DNA from: Octopus sinensis
Lineage: Eukaryota
Reading direction: 5' to 3'
Assembly: GCF_006345805.1 (NCBI RefSeq)
Contig: NC_043001.1
Span: forward strand, 58,218,001 to 58,282,000
Length of the DNA stretch: 64,000 nt
In this document: positions 12,722 to 26,690 of the stretch, in pieces
How the letters are laid out: every line of letters begins with the position of its first letter
Position numbering within the stretch: the stretch's first letter is position 1
Notes under the pieces: model-generated
The model's input: the letters and a program-made list of their open reading frames with translations, nothing else
What the model was told of the DNA's origin: nothing
The model's database searches: none
Made by a program: the position numbers and the translations under genes

Positions 12722-15337
12722 CATATCTTAGGCACCCATTTGTGCAAAATCTGTACGCGATAGGCGAAAACTAAAAACATATTCGAAATCAATATTATAA
12801 AATGGTTCAGAATCAGCTATAAGTAGCCAATCATCATTTATGACATTTAAAAATGCAGACTTGTGCTATTATCAGTAAACAATGATATAACGAAAACATT
12901 TAATGAAAAATAGTCCCCAAATCAAGGGATCTGGCGATGAATGACACGTTTGGTTTAGGTCTGACGGATTCGTTTAAGTCGATGCTCTATATTTTTTCTT
13001 TGTTTGTTTAGAACTTTCTGTGTGAACGGAAATATTGAACAATAACTGTAAGTCTAATTGTTGCAGAATTCTAAGTGGGCGCCATACCTGATAACAATTG
13101 CCCATTAGTCGACACAAGAAAAATACTATATTTTATCTAGGGTAAGATGAAAGGTTAGCACATAATTCTTCGTGATTAATTTGATAAACTACAATGCAGA
13201 GAATATTTAACAACTTATATTGCGCGTTATTCAGTGCCATTGTTTTATGAGAAAATTCTAAATATTTATATTTCTTTCTGGTGTTTCCTTATCCGGCGCC
13301 GCCAATAAATAAGCATACGTACCTTGAAACTCAGTTTAGCGAATAAGATTATACGTAACCGAAAGTAAGAGGTTTAAAGACAGAGCATTTGAACGTCTGT
13401 CGCAAAAGAGGTAAATACTATAATTGGAATACAACGCAACGCAGTTCTTGTGCTACGTAAATCGATTATACAGAATATCTTGTAATACGATATTTAGAAA
13501 ACTAAGCCGTCCAAATAACACTGCGGCTAAGCGTCTAATTAGCTGTATTTGTTAATGGCTTCACAGTAGTCGGCTACTAAACTACTTTTATTGTTACTCT
13601 TACTGTTACCAGATCGCGCTTTACAAAGTCAGACACTTAGCTCCATTATAATTTCTTTGAATATTCTATTCCATTTTCCATGGAATAAACTTAGCTTAAG
13701 ACGATTTAAAATAAGAGGATTTTGTACGTACAGATATAACATACAATGTCATTTGAAAGACAATTCTAGGCAAATCGATTGTTATTAAAGAGACAGAGAG
13801 CAAACATTGAAGTCCAATTGACACCCAGGAAATTCTACCGTAATAGCCGAAAGTTTACTCAGTAAAGAAGGTTAGCGCAGTAGTCATTTCTTTAAAAGAG
13901 ATATATTTTCAATGTCTGCGTAGTTCTTTATCTTTCAAATTAATTATTGTATGGCGAAATAAATTTAACTGAGGTCAGGTATATCACACTCACAATTCAT
14001 TAATCGATAACCGCAAGTTATGCCCAGCTCATACTCAAGAAACAACTTTTGAATTTCTTATGTCACAAATAATTTTTAGAGAATTTAACTTAACATCTAT
14101 ATCGATGATGGTGTGTTTAACAGAGGACGTATTGTGTATCTTACGTCGATTAGGGTGCACTATGATAAAACTTGACTAAACCAGGATGGTTAAGAGTTTT
14201 ATATATTGTATCAAAGTCGCGTCAAGCATGGTTGACATAAAGCTAAATGACTACACATTCAGATGGTGCTAGTTCAACCTTTTTGCACTTCTTTATTCGG
14301 AGGAATGAAAAAAACAGAAACGACTTTTTGTGGAATTGCAGTGGAGGGGAAAATAATCAGAAAATTAGCATGAAGACAGTTATGCACTCAGACCGATAAT
14401 ATTGATTATGTTTTGTTGTGAAATGAAACAATTTCTGTTTTCTCGTTGACAGAGTAATATCTTAATTCTTAATGGGTTAGGACATTTTCATCAGATAAAA
14501 TACCTACTATATTATACTAGGGGAATCAATTACAATATGTCGACTAAAAGTAACATTAATATACTAATATTACAGAAAGAAATATTAGACCCACCCAAAG
14601 CCAACGGTAAGAGTCATGGTGGGAAGAATAATATATGTCACTCAAACTTAGTTTCATTCTTGAATCTGTAGGAGTTACATACTTTGAACAGAACACTTGT
14701 TATTAAAAATGGAGAGAGATCAGCATCCCCACAGTGCACCGAATATATGCAGGAGTGAGCAAAATTGTTTAGGCAGATGAAAACTGAAAATAAATCTATG
14801 TGTTACGTTTAGCTATTTCACTGAAAATTTCGTCATTCGGTCTACTTGGTTACAATTACAGAAAGTGTCATTTATTTCCCTGTCAACAATTAATAATTTC
14901 CAATTTCTAGGCAGCTATTTAAGTGGAACGTTGAACAATGAATTGATTAATGCCCTGAAATAAAACACTGAAATAAAACTCAGGTGCAAGCACAAGCAGG
15001 GTGCTCCATGATATGATGTAGTGTAGGATGCGATGGTTTGGTATCCTTACACAACGATATGAATTAATATACTTGCCTTATTCTGATAGCATGTTGCAAG
15101 TATTATTAATCACATTTCATGTTAGAGTGATTTTACAGCTTGGAAGAATTGATATCTGACCATGAAAATATTGCTGCAGGAGAATTTAGCTTCACTGGTC
15201 TAGTTTATGATTTAGAAACACATTGCTTATCCGCTGGAGCATATCTCACAAGCCTTGTTCATCAAAATTTCCCATATTACATTTCTAAAACGTGCATCAT
15301 ATTTATTGTTTCTGCATTTACTTTCACCGTTTTCCAG

Positions 15338-15407
15338 CTCAGCAAATGATGGAGAGTCTTCAAACACAGTTACTTCACTGTGAACACTCAAGAAATAATT
15401 TCCAGAG
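15338..15407 (+). other. Candidate internal host exon (unverified)
   Basis: Pyrimidine-rich acceptor ...tttactttcaccgttttccag and donor AG|gtatct. One frame is open across the whole exon: xQQMMESLQTQLLHCEHSRNNFQx. No family recognised. Confidence 0.2.
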
Positions 15408-18400
15408 GTATCTCTCAATTTCCCATTAACACAATTTTCTGTCACAAGTACAATACCTCAGCATCACGTTTCAGACACAAATGAAGTATAAGAGACAAGA
15501 TAGTCGATAATATGGCACTGGCATTCATGTATACTTAAGATCGTTGCTTTATAACTCAATCGTTCCGGCTGTGTTCCTAATGTGATTCTACTAAGCGCCA
15601 GCATACGCATATATGTTCAAACAAAACAAAGAATTTCACGGTTTATTTCAAGCAGAATTTAGTATTTGAGTAATGTACTTCTCAAAACAAGTATCCATCA
15701 GACATAAAATAATACCTAATGTAGCGCTAAATAAAAATTTACATAATATTATTTAAACGCCTAAATGTACATGTGACACATTACTTTTAGGAAAATGAAC
15801 TATTTCATGGACAGCGGTAACCTTTTCTAAAGGATTTTGTTTATCGAAGAATCAACAAAATCAGTATGATAGGTGCTGCAGTGAGTTTATGAAAAGTGTG
15901 TACAGTCGCACCGAGAAATGAGATGATAGAAATCTATCTCTGAAATGATAGGTAGAAATGAAGAATAGTAACATCAGCTGAATTATATATATGGTAATTA
16001 ACTTTAGTTTTAATTCCACTTGTACATTTGTGTTTTCGTTGCTTGAGCGTTTTGGCTGATATTGTATTAACAGGGATTGACAATAAGCAAGCTGCAGGTA
16101 TTTCCTCGCTGTGAGAAAGTGTGGTCGAAATTTGTCAGGAATCTCAGAGAATGTTACCTTCTCTAATTTTTTGGCAAAATGGTATATCTTCAGGACAACC
16201 ACAAATGTCTTCGTTCAACGTCACACCTACTCCACTCGAGTTGATGATTAAACCAGATAAGTTTTGCGAATGAGAATAATTTTATTCCTGATATGTCCGT
16301 CATTAGGATGGAAATAGCAGATGGTAGGGAACACTCATAATGGGTTCAATATACACACACGCGAACACATACATATCCCTTTAGCCACCACACCAATTCT
16401 CGTTTAACGTATTTCTGTAACTTTGTTTACAATTCTGTCCTTTGCTATCCGCTCATCTTCCATTTTTCCCCTCTGTCTCTCAAATTTTATTTTTGTCTTA
16501 TTTTTACACATCTGTTTTTTCTACTTTCACCGTACCTAGTCTATATCTTCAATGTCACTCTTTCTATCGCGCTCCCCGACTTCCATGTTACATGACACAA
16601 GACCTGCAAACATACATCACAAATTTGGAACTTATTATTATGATTGTTGTTGTTATAACTTTTTTCTTTCTTTCATAAATTATAACCAGAAACTTTAGAA
16701 TAGTTTCTATATCTTTTTCATTGGCGATCTCACCTTCATTGTACATTACTATTGTATCTCTTCGTGATCCTACGCTCTTCCAGTACCGTATTTCCTTTCT
16801 ATGTCTTCATATTCTCTTTACGTCTCTGTTTGTTTATCTCAATTAGACTTTGCCTTTCAACATTTCGTGGTCGATGAAATAAGTATCAGTTAATTACTTT
16901 GTTATTATTTTGTTCGATTTGTTTTTGTCTCTCCCCCTACTCTCTCTCTCTCTCTCTCTTGTCTCTCTCTCTCTCTCACTACCTCGATCTATTTATCTAT
17001 ATACACATACATGTGTATGTGAATATCAATGTGTATATGATATTCTATACTGGTATTTGTGCGTCAATATGTATATATATTAAATGAGTGTTACATCAAC
17101 GCAGACGAAATATATTCTACACACCTATTTCCATAATGCGCTAGCAATAAACCTCAAAAATAGAAAATGCATATGTTATTAAAATAATTACCATCTTCAT
17201 TATTTTGATTAAAAATTGTGGCCCTCCTTTTCTTTTAAACAAATGTGTAATTAAATTCTAATGGATATTGATCTCAACCTTGGGCTTTGTATATTTTATA
17301 TTTTCCTATTTTTCTCTTTGCGTGTGTTCGTGATTTTGATTTTCTCTCTGCTAATGTTTATGTATATCCTCGTCCCACTACGTAAGAAATCTTGTTTGTA
17401 TAAAGTCTCTGTCAGTGTTTCTTAGCATGTATACAATTTCTTCGAGAATGCATATATGCAGGATGTGTTTGTTTAAGAAAGATTAAGAGGAGAGAAAAGA
17501 GTGAGGACTATGAGATTCAGGTAGAGGAAACAAATGAGACCAAAAGAGAACATCTGTAATGTAATACCAGTGTAAGAAACATAAAACAGAAATGGATATT
17601 TGGAGAAAGAGAGAGAGAGAGAGAGAGTCAGAAATAGGGTGAGAGAGAAAAAGAAAGAGAGAGAGAGAGAGATTTCGAAAGCATTCTTTAGCTAATTACT
17701 GCTTGTTTTTGTGCTTGTGCCAGCATTTAAGTGTGAATTTGGTAGTGAGGTAAAAAAAAATGGTTGAGATTTTAAGAAGCAGGTTTTCTGATTTGTTTTG
17801 TGTGCGTTTAAGTAAATCATGACTATAACTGGAATGTGGAAGGAGATGCACTGGAAGAAATCAATAACAAGTCAAGACAAGTTATTTATCTTACAAATAT
17901 AAGTAACAATACAATTATGCATGTAAGTGGAAATAAAATAATACTCTTTTCCTTACAAATCTTCTGAGCATTATTCAGTCTTAATGCCAGTTGGTCAGAT
18001 AAAAGAGAGAAACTAATTCAGGAGCAATCAATCTATGAATATTTTTCATTGATACGTCTAATTTTCAACGGAAGATAATTAAATTTGACGAAAAAATTGA
18101 ACAGATTATTAAAAGAAAAAAACGAAAAAAATTATAAATGAACCTCTGATAAACGAACGATGAAACTTTTTATTAAACATCAAATCACAGTGCTCGTTTA
18201 CTTCGATCTTTAGCTATTTAATTTATCCTTTAATTGGAAGGATGAAAAAAAGCAATATATGAAAAAGAAACACGAAGAGACAGATCGTGTAATTTTTTTC
18301 AAATAAAGAGAAAGAAGAACGGATAAGCATGAGCTTTATACTTGAAAATGATATATAATTTAAAAGTTGTCAGAATAATTTTCCAAAAATCAAATTAAAG

Positions 18401-19529
18401 ATTGTGTGTTAGTTCAGATTTCATTATTATTTATTCAAAATGATTCCAAATTAACTGCGCCACTAGGAAATCTGTTCATATTTTATTAATATGTGTTCTC
18501 ATTAGTATGGCGGCCATATTTAATTGTGTTTATTGTGTGCGTGAGTCATACAGTTATCTGATAGAAAATCTCCTCTGAATTCTCTACATATGCTCAATAC
18601 ATCTGCTATATATAATTATGTGTTCTGGTATATGTGTTTAAACATATATGTGAATTATGTATATACAAACATACGCGCGTGCGCGTACACACATTCAAAC
18701 AAATATATATAGATTGTATGTGTGTGTGTGTGTGTGTGTGTGTATGTTTGTGCGTCGGGGTTGTCGGTGTGGAGCTTAACGGCGTTATTTATTCGTGCAT
18801 CGTTTTCTAAAAGGCTAATTAAGATAAAATACAACGAAAAATGCAATGATATACATAATGTCAATTTGGTGACCACCATTTTGTGTAAGATTTCATCGTT
18901 TTTTTCCTGCCTGTGCTGTTTGTAGTTTGATAGCTTTGCACACACCTTCATCTGAATTGCTTTATATATTTCAATACCTGTAGTATCATCTCTCGACATC
19001 ACCCGTTTCTCGTAAGATATCCTGTTTCTCAACTGATCTGTATTTCATTTTCTCACACCCTTTCGAATGCACTTAGAAAGCAGCATTCACGCCACATTTT
19101 ATTGAAATTCTATCCAGTGTCTATGTTTAGCAATCCTACAACAATGTAATTATCACATAAGGATAATTCAGTGTAGTGTTTATGCAAAGAAGGAAGCAAT
19201 TTATATGCCTACTGAATTATAGTAACCTGAGGTTTTTTCACCTTGTCGCAGGACACATCTATCATCTAGGTAACAAATTTGCAATTTACAGGTTCCGTTA
19301 TTGAAAAGTATTCATTGTTTGGCTTCTTCCTTATAGCTGTTACTCTACATATCTTATATATGACAGTTTTTTTCGTCTGTCGAACTACCTGAGATCTTAC
19401 AACATCATTGGTACACGCATAATTTAGATTATTCATAGAGTATAGAATTCCTACACAAGTTCAGTGATCATAATTAAATTCCAGTATATGCTTTCCCAAA
19501 ATTTAAAAATTCCTATGTTTGCTAGCTTA

Positions 19530-19530
<1 letters not shown>

Positions 19531-19594
<64 letters not shown>

Positions 19595-19678
19595 CATACA
19601 TACATACATACATACATACATACATACATACAAACACGCACACACACACACATACACAGACACAGACACACAGATACG

Positions 19679-19730
<52 letters not shown>

Positions 19731-19752
19731 ATAATATATATATATATATATA
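19531..19752. repeat. Compound (TA)n(TACA)n(CA)n microsatellite
   Basis: Visible repeats. Confidence 0.95.
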
Positions 19753-20909
19753 GTTAATCGGCTAATAGGCCAATATGTTTTCGGTGCCTTTTTAATATTT
19801 GTTCAAGCATATTAGAGGTTGTTGATAACCAAGCTATCGTTGGCACTTTCCTACACACTAACATCCTGCATTAATATACTGCTTGCTCTCACTTTTTTTC
19901 TGTTCTCTGTTAACATTTTAATTCTTCCTGGCTGTCACACTTCTCAAAATCGATATATATAGATGCCCATTTTCTGAGGGACGACCAAAACAGGGAACAT
20001 GTTATCCTAACGATGGGGTGCTCAACGTCGGTGAGATAAGGTAAAATGATTTGCATTACCTAACAACTTCTTGTGCCATTCATTAGATGTTATCTTTCTT
20101 TTCTGTGCTGATATAAAACAAAAATGTATCTCATCTGACTCAGCTCTTCTCTAAGTTATCTATGTTATTAACTCTTGGTCAGTCAGATTGATAAACCTAC
20201 AGTTACTAAATTACTTTGTAGTTTTGCATTCATAGCAATAATTTTGCAAGATGAAACATTGGGAGTATCTTCATTTGAAAGCAATAACGCCGTGCAAATT
20301 ATTTCGAAATAGTAAATTCCCTCAGGTATAGTCTTTTATATTATATTTAGTGAACTACAGAACAGACTAGAAAATATTTCTCTAAACAACATAATCGAGG
20401 GCTGCAATAGCTTCAATGATATGCCCAATCTATCTGGCTACTCTCGGGCTAAACTAAAACATGATTGACTATACGTGATAAGTTTGTTTCCGTTTTCATC
20501 AGACTGTCGAATATTCCTTGTGGCGTTCTGTTTTATCTGCTTTCATATTATCTATAATACTTTGAAGAAAATATGGTCAAAATTGTTTAACATTCTTTCT
20601 GTACTACTAGGTGTGTTGCCCTTTCCCACATTTTGATCGCGTTTAATATGCACTTCAGTGATTATTTTAACACCACTGTTTTGACCGCATTAGCCAGTGA
20701 AATTGCATTTTCATAATTTCTCATACATAGCAAAACACTATTTCCGAATTCTAAACGCTTCACGCTTCTAAATCTCATGTTGCTCAACACTGGGAATATT
20801 TTCCGTTCTTTGCTAATTACGCATTGAGTTAGCATCACTTTTGCTATTTTATATTCTTCTAGTCTCCTGTGTCGGCATAACTTCTACACTTCTATGCCTT
20901 TAACGACTA

Positions 20910-21103
20910 CAGTAATCCCTCGATTATCACGGGTGTTACGTTCCAAAACCTCCCGTGATAGGTGAAAAATATAAATATCTATCAGTCGCAGAAACTCGTG
21001 TTATGCTGAGTAGTCTGCGATATAAATTTAAATATATTAGCTAGAAAAATCTACGATGTACTTCGTGCGCGATAGGTGAACTGCGATATGGCGAGGGTTA
21101 CTG
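20910..21103. mobile_element. Tigger/pogo-type MITE, 194 bp
   Basis: TA|CAGTAATCCCTCG...CGAGGGTTACTG|TA, i.e. imperfect TIRs with a TA target-site duplication on both sides. Confidence 0.75.
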
Positions 21104-22929
21104 TACATCTGTCCAGTACCATGTACCTATCCCATTTAATGGTACATTACACGTTTTTATATATTGTTTGAAGTTTGACGCAAATTACCGCTTGCAAATA
21201 ACAGATTGCATTTCTATGCCTATATCTTCTTTCGCTTGTGGATTTGTATATGACAGATAATTTTATTAACTTATATAATTTTATTTTCCAGTATATCCAG
21301 TCTCCAGACGCCTCTTCACTAGTTCTCGATGTTGAGAGTTACAGAAGCATAATGTATTAGAAATTAATCACTAGACTACATTAAGTAGTACTGTCTTTAC
21401 TAGTGAAAGACCAGAGTTGACTCCGATTGATAAGCGATAGTGTAGTAAATCAACCACGGTAATAATTCCGTTTCTGTTTTGCTTGCAGTTGAATATTCTA
21501 TAGCTTTAAATGGGGAAGGAAATCTGGTCTACTTTGTGTAGTGGTTAACAAACTGAAATGATGCGTCTGTAATCTCAACATTCATTTTTTTCACACATTG
21601 AATATAAGGAAGAATGGTCTATATACTCACGCTTTCTTATTGCAGATGATACCTTCTAATATTTAAATTTCATTCAGCTCTTCCGATTCAAACTGTTGTG
21701 CTTATAATAACGATTATTAAATGAAGTGTTCTTTAATATAAAATGAAAGCGGTGAATAACTAATTTTTTCCACATTTTTTTACATTCTAAACACGAACGT
21801 TGCAACATAGTAAAAATATATTGTTCCCAATAATATATAAACGAGGTGTGGACACGTTACTCATATGTGCATGAGCTAATTAAATTTTTAAATCGTTATT
21901 CTGTTGTATACATCATTTCACATATTTCTTGTCACACATGCATACATATATATGAGAAGCTCTTCTTCCTCATTATCACTCTTCTCAGTTCCTATAATTC
22001 CGTCTCCTTCACTCATTGCCGGCCACCAAGCCTACATAAACACATCATGTTTGTAATATTTTCAAGAAAAATATTTCTTATTATATACTATTATCTTAAT
22101 ATTTTCTGGTGGTTTTCTTTTGTCTGCCGGATATTTTGTAACCGTGTATTTATTTGAATATTTTAAATTCTAATGAAGTGAAGAGAACTTGCTATCCAAA
22201 CGTCGCTATCCACGAAAGGGTGAATAAATATTATTTTAAATAATATGCATTTACATACATACATTCAATGTTTAATATGTATATCACTGCACGCAATAAA
22301 ATTATTTCTATAAACTTTGTTTGTGTGTCTAAGTCAAAATAAATGCTTTTAATATTTTCCAGCTTTGAGATTAAAGGTGTCAAGTTTTTCCATCTCAGTA
22401 TTCAGTTCACCATGTCTACTATTGACTTCAAAACGAGAAAATTATTTTAGATCTTCGGTTATTGCCCATTGATGCATAATCAATATATAACAGAAGCTCA
22501 ACTTGCAGACAATGGCATAGTATATTGTAATATCAGTTTACGGTATTTCCATATTAAGACAATTGCATACACCTTAGAACTCCCAATTGGTTATACGCAT
22601 CTGTACAAAATGGATTTAAGTGCAATTGTGTATACCTTATTCTTTATAGTATTCATAAAAGAATCTGCTCCAGCTTATCTTTGAAGAAGATCACTAATAC
22701 TAGTCTATAAATCCGGACATTTTCTTCTGTTATATCTCATTCATTTCTTTAAAAAAGGTTTTAAGTTATTTATAGTACGCTAGCAACTGATCATGTAGTG
22801 ACAAGTGAGCGAGAAAAAATAAAACTGACTTCGTAAAAGGCATTAATATTCTAAAACTCAAGTAGTGTACCGCGTTCTCTCTACAGACAAATCATAACAC
22901 AGCTTCGAGATCATTTGGGTACTCTATAC

Positions 22930-23084
22930 CTCTTTTACTTGTTTCAGTCATGTGACTGTGGCTATGCTGGAGCACCGACTTTAGTCGAGAAAATCGACCC
23001 CAGGATATTCTTTATAAGCCTAGTACTTATTCTATTGGTCTCATACAAGCATAGGTTGTCAAGCGATGTTGGTGCGGACAAACA

Positions 23085-23090
<6 letters not shown>
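22930..23090 (-). mobile_element. SINE family 1 3' half, running into (CA)n(TA)n
   Basis: ctcttttacttgtttcagtca...atgctggagcaccg...gaccccagg is the reverse complement of the tail of the 11496 copy. Confidence 0.8.
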
Positions 23091-23167
<77 letters not shown>

Positions 23168-24270
23168 CAAATGGGTGTGTGTGAGAGAGAAAGAGAGAGT
23201 GAGAGAGAATCTACAGAATGGAGAGAGTGAAATTACTGTTGTGAGTAATATAATCAAGCCCTACGGGCAAATTTCATTTACGAGAGAATTGGACAAGGAG
23301 AAAATTAAACAAAATGATTGAGGCTTTTCTCTACTCAGTATTTGAGGTTGGTGCAACTGAATCAAGAGAACAGGGGCTTCATACATAGACAGGAAATAGT
23401 ACGAGACGGAAAATTCGTGTGAAACGGAAGACGAAAGAAGACTAAGTGAAAGTCATTAGTAAACTAAGATGATGTTTAATAGTTGCAGAAAAACGCTCGT
23501 TTAAAACTGTAATCAAGTGTGTGTGTGTGGGGGGGGGTTAATATACATACATGCAATACGTCTGCATTTTACTCACTCTAAAATTGTTCATTTATTGTAA
23601 CTGGTTCACAGTTTATATATCAAATCGTCAATTATTTGTGTTTCAGTGAAAAGAAATTCAATTAAACGTTTCAATTTGATATTGGTAAACAAACAAATAT
23701 TCGCATGTGTATTCAATTTAAGGTATACATACTACTGTTTGTTTCCATACAAATTACTTCTTTTAAATTTTACTTCAAACGTAGCATTTCAAATTCAGCT
23801 GAATGCTACTGAATTCCCAAGTACAAGAGATAATGATCTGTTAATGCGCAGACAATTGAAGTGTGAATATGATTCGATCTTGTGTTTATCCGAAGAAAGA
23901 TAGGGCATGTGAGAGACAGAGCGTTTCTAAGTCAAATTTTAGAGCAATCTTTATATCTATTTATGAGATATAAACCATGAAATATCCATAAAATATATCG
24001 CCACGAACTCTGTAGTGGATATTCCATATTTTCCAGCAGGGCCGTGATAAAACAATGCATATTTCGCAATACTAGACAGTGGCTGTGTGAGCTACTCTTA
24101 TTCTGTAGTACAAAGTACAAATTAGATTCAGCCATTTATTAAAAAGTCAGGGTCTATCGACATAATGAGTGAAGAAGTTGATTTATTAATTGTACACATG
24201 TAATTGTAGTTGAAACAAGCACGCGTACATTCATTGACGCACGTGTGTATATATTAGAATACCTATCGAG

Positions 24271-24301
<31 letters not shown>

Positions 24302-24369
24302 CTTACGTATACATACTTACATGCTTACACACACGCACATACGCGCGCACACATGCACACACATATATA

Positions 24370-26508
24370 CTAGTCTACGTACCCGGCGTTGCTCGGAAGT
24401 TTAAAGAATGTTAAAGGAAATAAACATATTCATTTTGATAGAAATATATTTTTAGAGAAATTCTATCAAATGACGTGAGTATAAGCAATGTTATCAAAAC
24501 AAATCACAGCTTAATTTTGTAGAACTTACAATGTTTTCAGTGTGTCATTTAATTTGAGGTTTAAATAAAAAGAGTTTTGGGCCTTCCAACGCGCGAATAT
24601 TCTACATAGCTCGCCGCTGTAATTGCACATGAGAGAAGTAAGGAGAAGCAAGGTTAAGTCCAAAAACTTGAGAGATTGTTCTTGCGATTTCTATATCTAC
24701 ATAGGAAAACGTAGTTTTACGGGGAACTGGAACTGTTTAAATTAAAACGGGAGGTCAGATGGAATTAACGGGATCTGTCGAATGAAATGAAGATATCGTC
24801 ACTCTTATATTTCTCAGTGATAATTCCTGCCTCTGGGGGTTGCATGGCTTTCACCACCAGTCTAGTGTTATTGCAGAGGTGAGGTGGATCCAGATTCTTG
24901 AGCAGCATGATTGGGGGCCCCCTTGCTAATGTTAAGTTGTGAGACGGCATGTCAGATGGCTATAGAGGGGTCAGGAACTCAGTTGAAACACTACAGATTG
25001 GTCCTGATCAATGACAGTGTTGATGGATTTGAAAGACTGTTTTGTCCTGGCAACAGTTGCAACAGATCCTGATTTGTCTACACCATCATTACGTGGAGCT
25101 AAGATGGCTGGCTCACATAGCTACTGACTTGCTAACATTTTGTACAATGTTTGGAAACACATGCATTTTGAGATCATTGACAGTAGGTGCCATCTCACCA
25201 CAGGGTAGCCTGTGTTGCTGTATTTCGTGGACAGAATGTAGTTGCCCATTCCATATGTTCAAGCGCTTGCATGAAAACAGCCCAGCAGTTTGATCAGCAA
25301 ATAATTGGGCCCTCATATTAAATGTCAGGGGCAGTTCGGTCACTTGCCTCCACAGATAGGATTGCTTGGGACAGTCCTTTCGTTCATCTGTCTTTGTACC
25401 TTTTTGGATCACCGAAAGTGTTTGTCTCAAATCACCAGCCAAGACTACGGTGGTGACACCACCGATGAGAATATTCTTTCCTCTCAAATCTCTTAGGCTG
25501 CGGTCAACAGCTTCAAGTATTCAAGTATGATGCATTCATCCCAGACAATCAAGCACATCTGCTGCAAGACCTTAGCCTTTGCTGATGTCTTACAGATGAG
25601 GCAAATTGAACTCTATGTCCTAACTAAATTCAAAGGAAGCTTGAAAATAGAATTAGGTGTTCGACCACATGCCAAAAGAGTTGCTGTGATTCCAGAAGAC
25701 GCCACCACCAATGAAATAAACCAATCTAGATGAACTTTTCCTAAAAAAGAGGTTGATCAAGATTTTGCCAGTGCTCACGGGAGCACCCAAAAAGAACAGG
25801 CCACCCTTTTGCTCTTGAGCCATGAAATTCTAAGCTGTCCATTGCTCAGTCAAATGCTTAAGCTCATTCTCTGTTACATACTCATTGACATTGTTGATGT
25901 TATAGGATGTCTCCTTTAAAATTTCCAGGTCTATTTTTTGCTATTCTCTTATTGGATTTGGCAAGACATACTCCTGCAAAAGTTTTCCTCCAAACTGAAG
26001 GACCTTGTCTTCAAAAAGAAGTAGAGTTTCATTCCTGATGTTCTCCGTCAGCTAGGTTTCAAGGCCTTGGGTTTTGTCTCTGCAATTTGCAAGCAATCTC
26101 TTCACAGAATGATTTCTGGTGCTTCTCCCACAGTCGGCGAAGGCTAGCGATATTGCAAGCTTGAAGCATAATAGCGAAGAGATTTTGCAACTGAAATACA
26201 GAACCTGCAACAACTGCCTCATCCAGAGGCACATTCCAGTGACTGTCATCTTCAAAGAGGCCATGGAAAGGGCAAACCTGTCTGTAAGAATACATATATG
26301 GCTACTAAAAGTCTTCAGATCTAGGAAACACTTTGGACCATGGGCTGTGTGCAAATGGAGCCTCAAGAAATAACACTCAATATTATTGGGATACACAGCG
26401 TAGATCCGTCCCTATGCTGAATCCCTCTTGATACCTGGATATCCTTCAACAGTCTGACCAAAGGCAGGTCAATTTCATTGTTTAGTGGTCTGTTGCTATG
26501 TGTAATAT
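24370..26508 (-). mobile_element. Helitron, 3' part of Rep/Helicase with 3' terminus, pseudogenised
   Basis: Minus frames give YPNNIECYFLRLHLH..GPKCFLDLKT, GLFEDDSHW, a Walker A-like APVSTGK, GGVTTVVLAGDLRQTL..LTFNMR and PIMLLKNLDPPHLCNNTRL (PIF1-like helicase). It ends in a GC hairpin (ccgagcaacgccgg) followed by CTAG|T at 24373-24369. Confidence 0.9.
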
Positions 26509-26690
26509 TGTTTTGGCAAGAGTCACTGACACACCTGGTAGATTGGAGAATGGACTAGCCGAACTCTTATAAAGAGTAGAGGTCGGTAGTAGACGAGAGA
26601 GAGAGAGAGTGTTTGGTAGTCTCATGAAGTACGTCATGCTACACATTAATTACCTATACCCACCGGTAGCAGTATATAAAAGTGGTGATG
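26509..26690 (+). repeat. 5' LTR of the Gypsy element
   Basis: Starts with TG and aligns with 30052-30150 (about 79% over about 80 bp by manual count). The 3' boundary is approximate. Confidence 0.7.

Larger units (their letters stand above)
10270..12865 (+). mobile_element. Chapaev3-like (CMC group) DNA transposon, pseudogenised and rearranged
   Basis: Plus frames give FGD*DKIWTPHKAC, PMVWREPSNYGDDCYFC, HWHVCGECKIVRILSGQQAGFTK..FLCEWD, KIKAGIFV and MHFLYSQLDYFPEFLGNLSEEHGERFHQDVKEMEQRYQNRWNVNMLVDYC. The right end is ...GCAGACTTGTG (5'-CAC on the other strand). Family assignment is from recalled motifs. Confidence 0.75.

Noticed and set aside
13260-13620. Bidirectional promoter (slightly CpG-richer, splice donors on both strands)
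   Set aside because: The donors are only about 90 bp apart and no core promoter motif is supportable from sequence alone.
19451-19757. YI/HT/CV-repeat ORFs here and at similar sites (23.0, 35.6, 38.6, 49.8, 51.6, 52.1, 57.9 kb)
   Set aside because: They are dinucleotide microsatellite translations.
22469-22560. Ig-domain exon (ADNGIVYC)
   Set aside because: The spacing does not fit D-x-G-x-Y-x-C and there is no other Ig feature.
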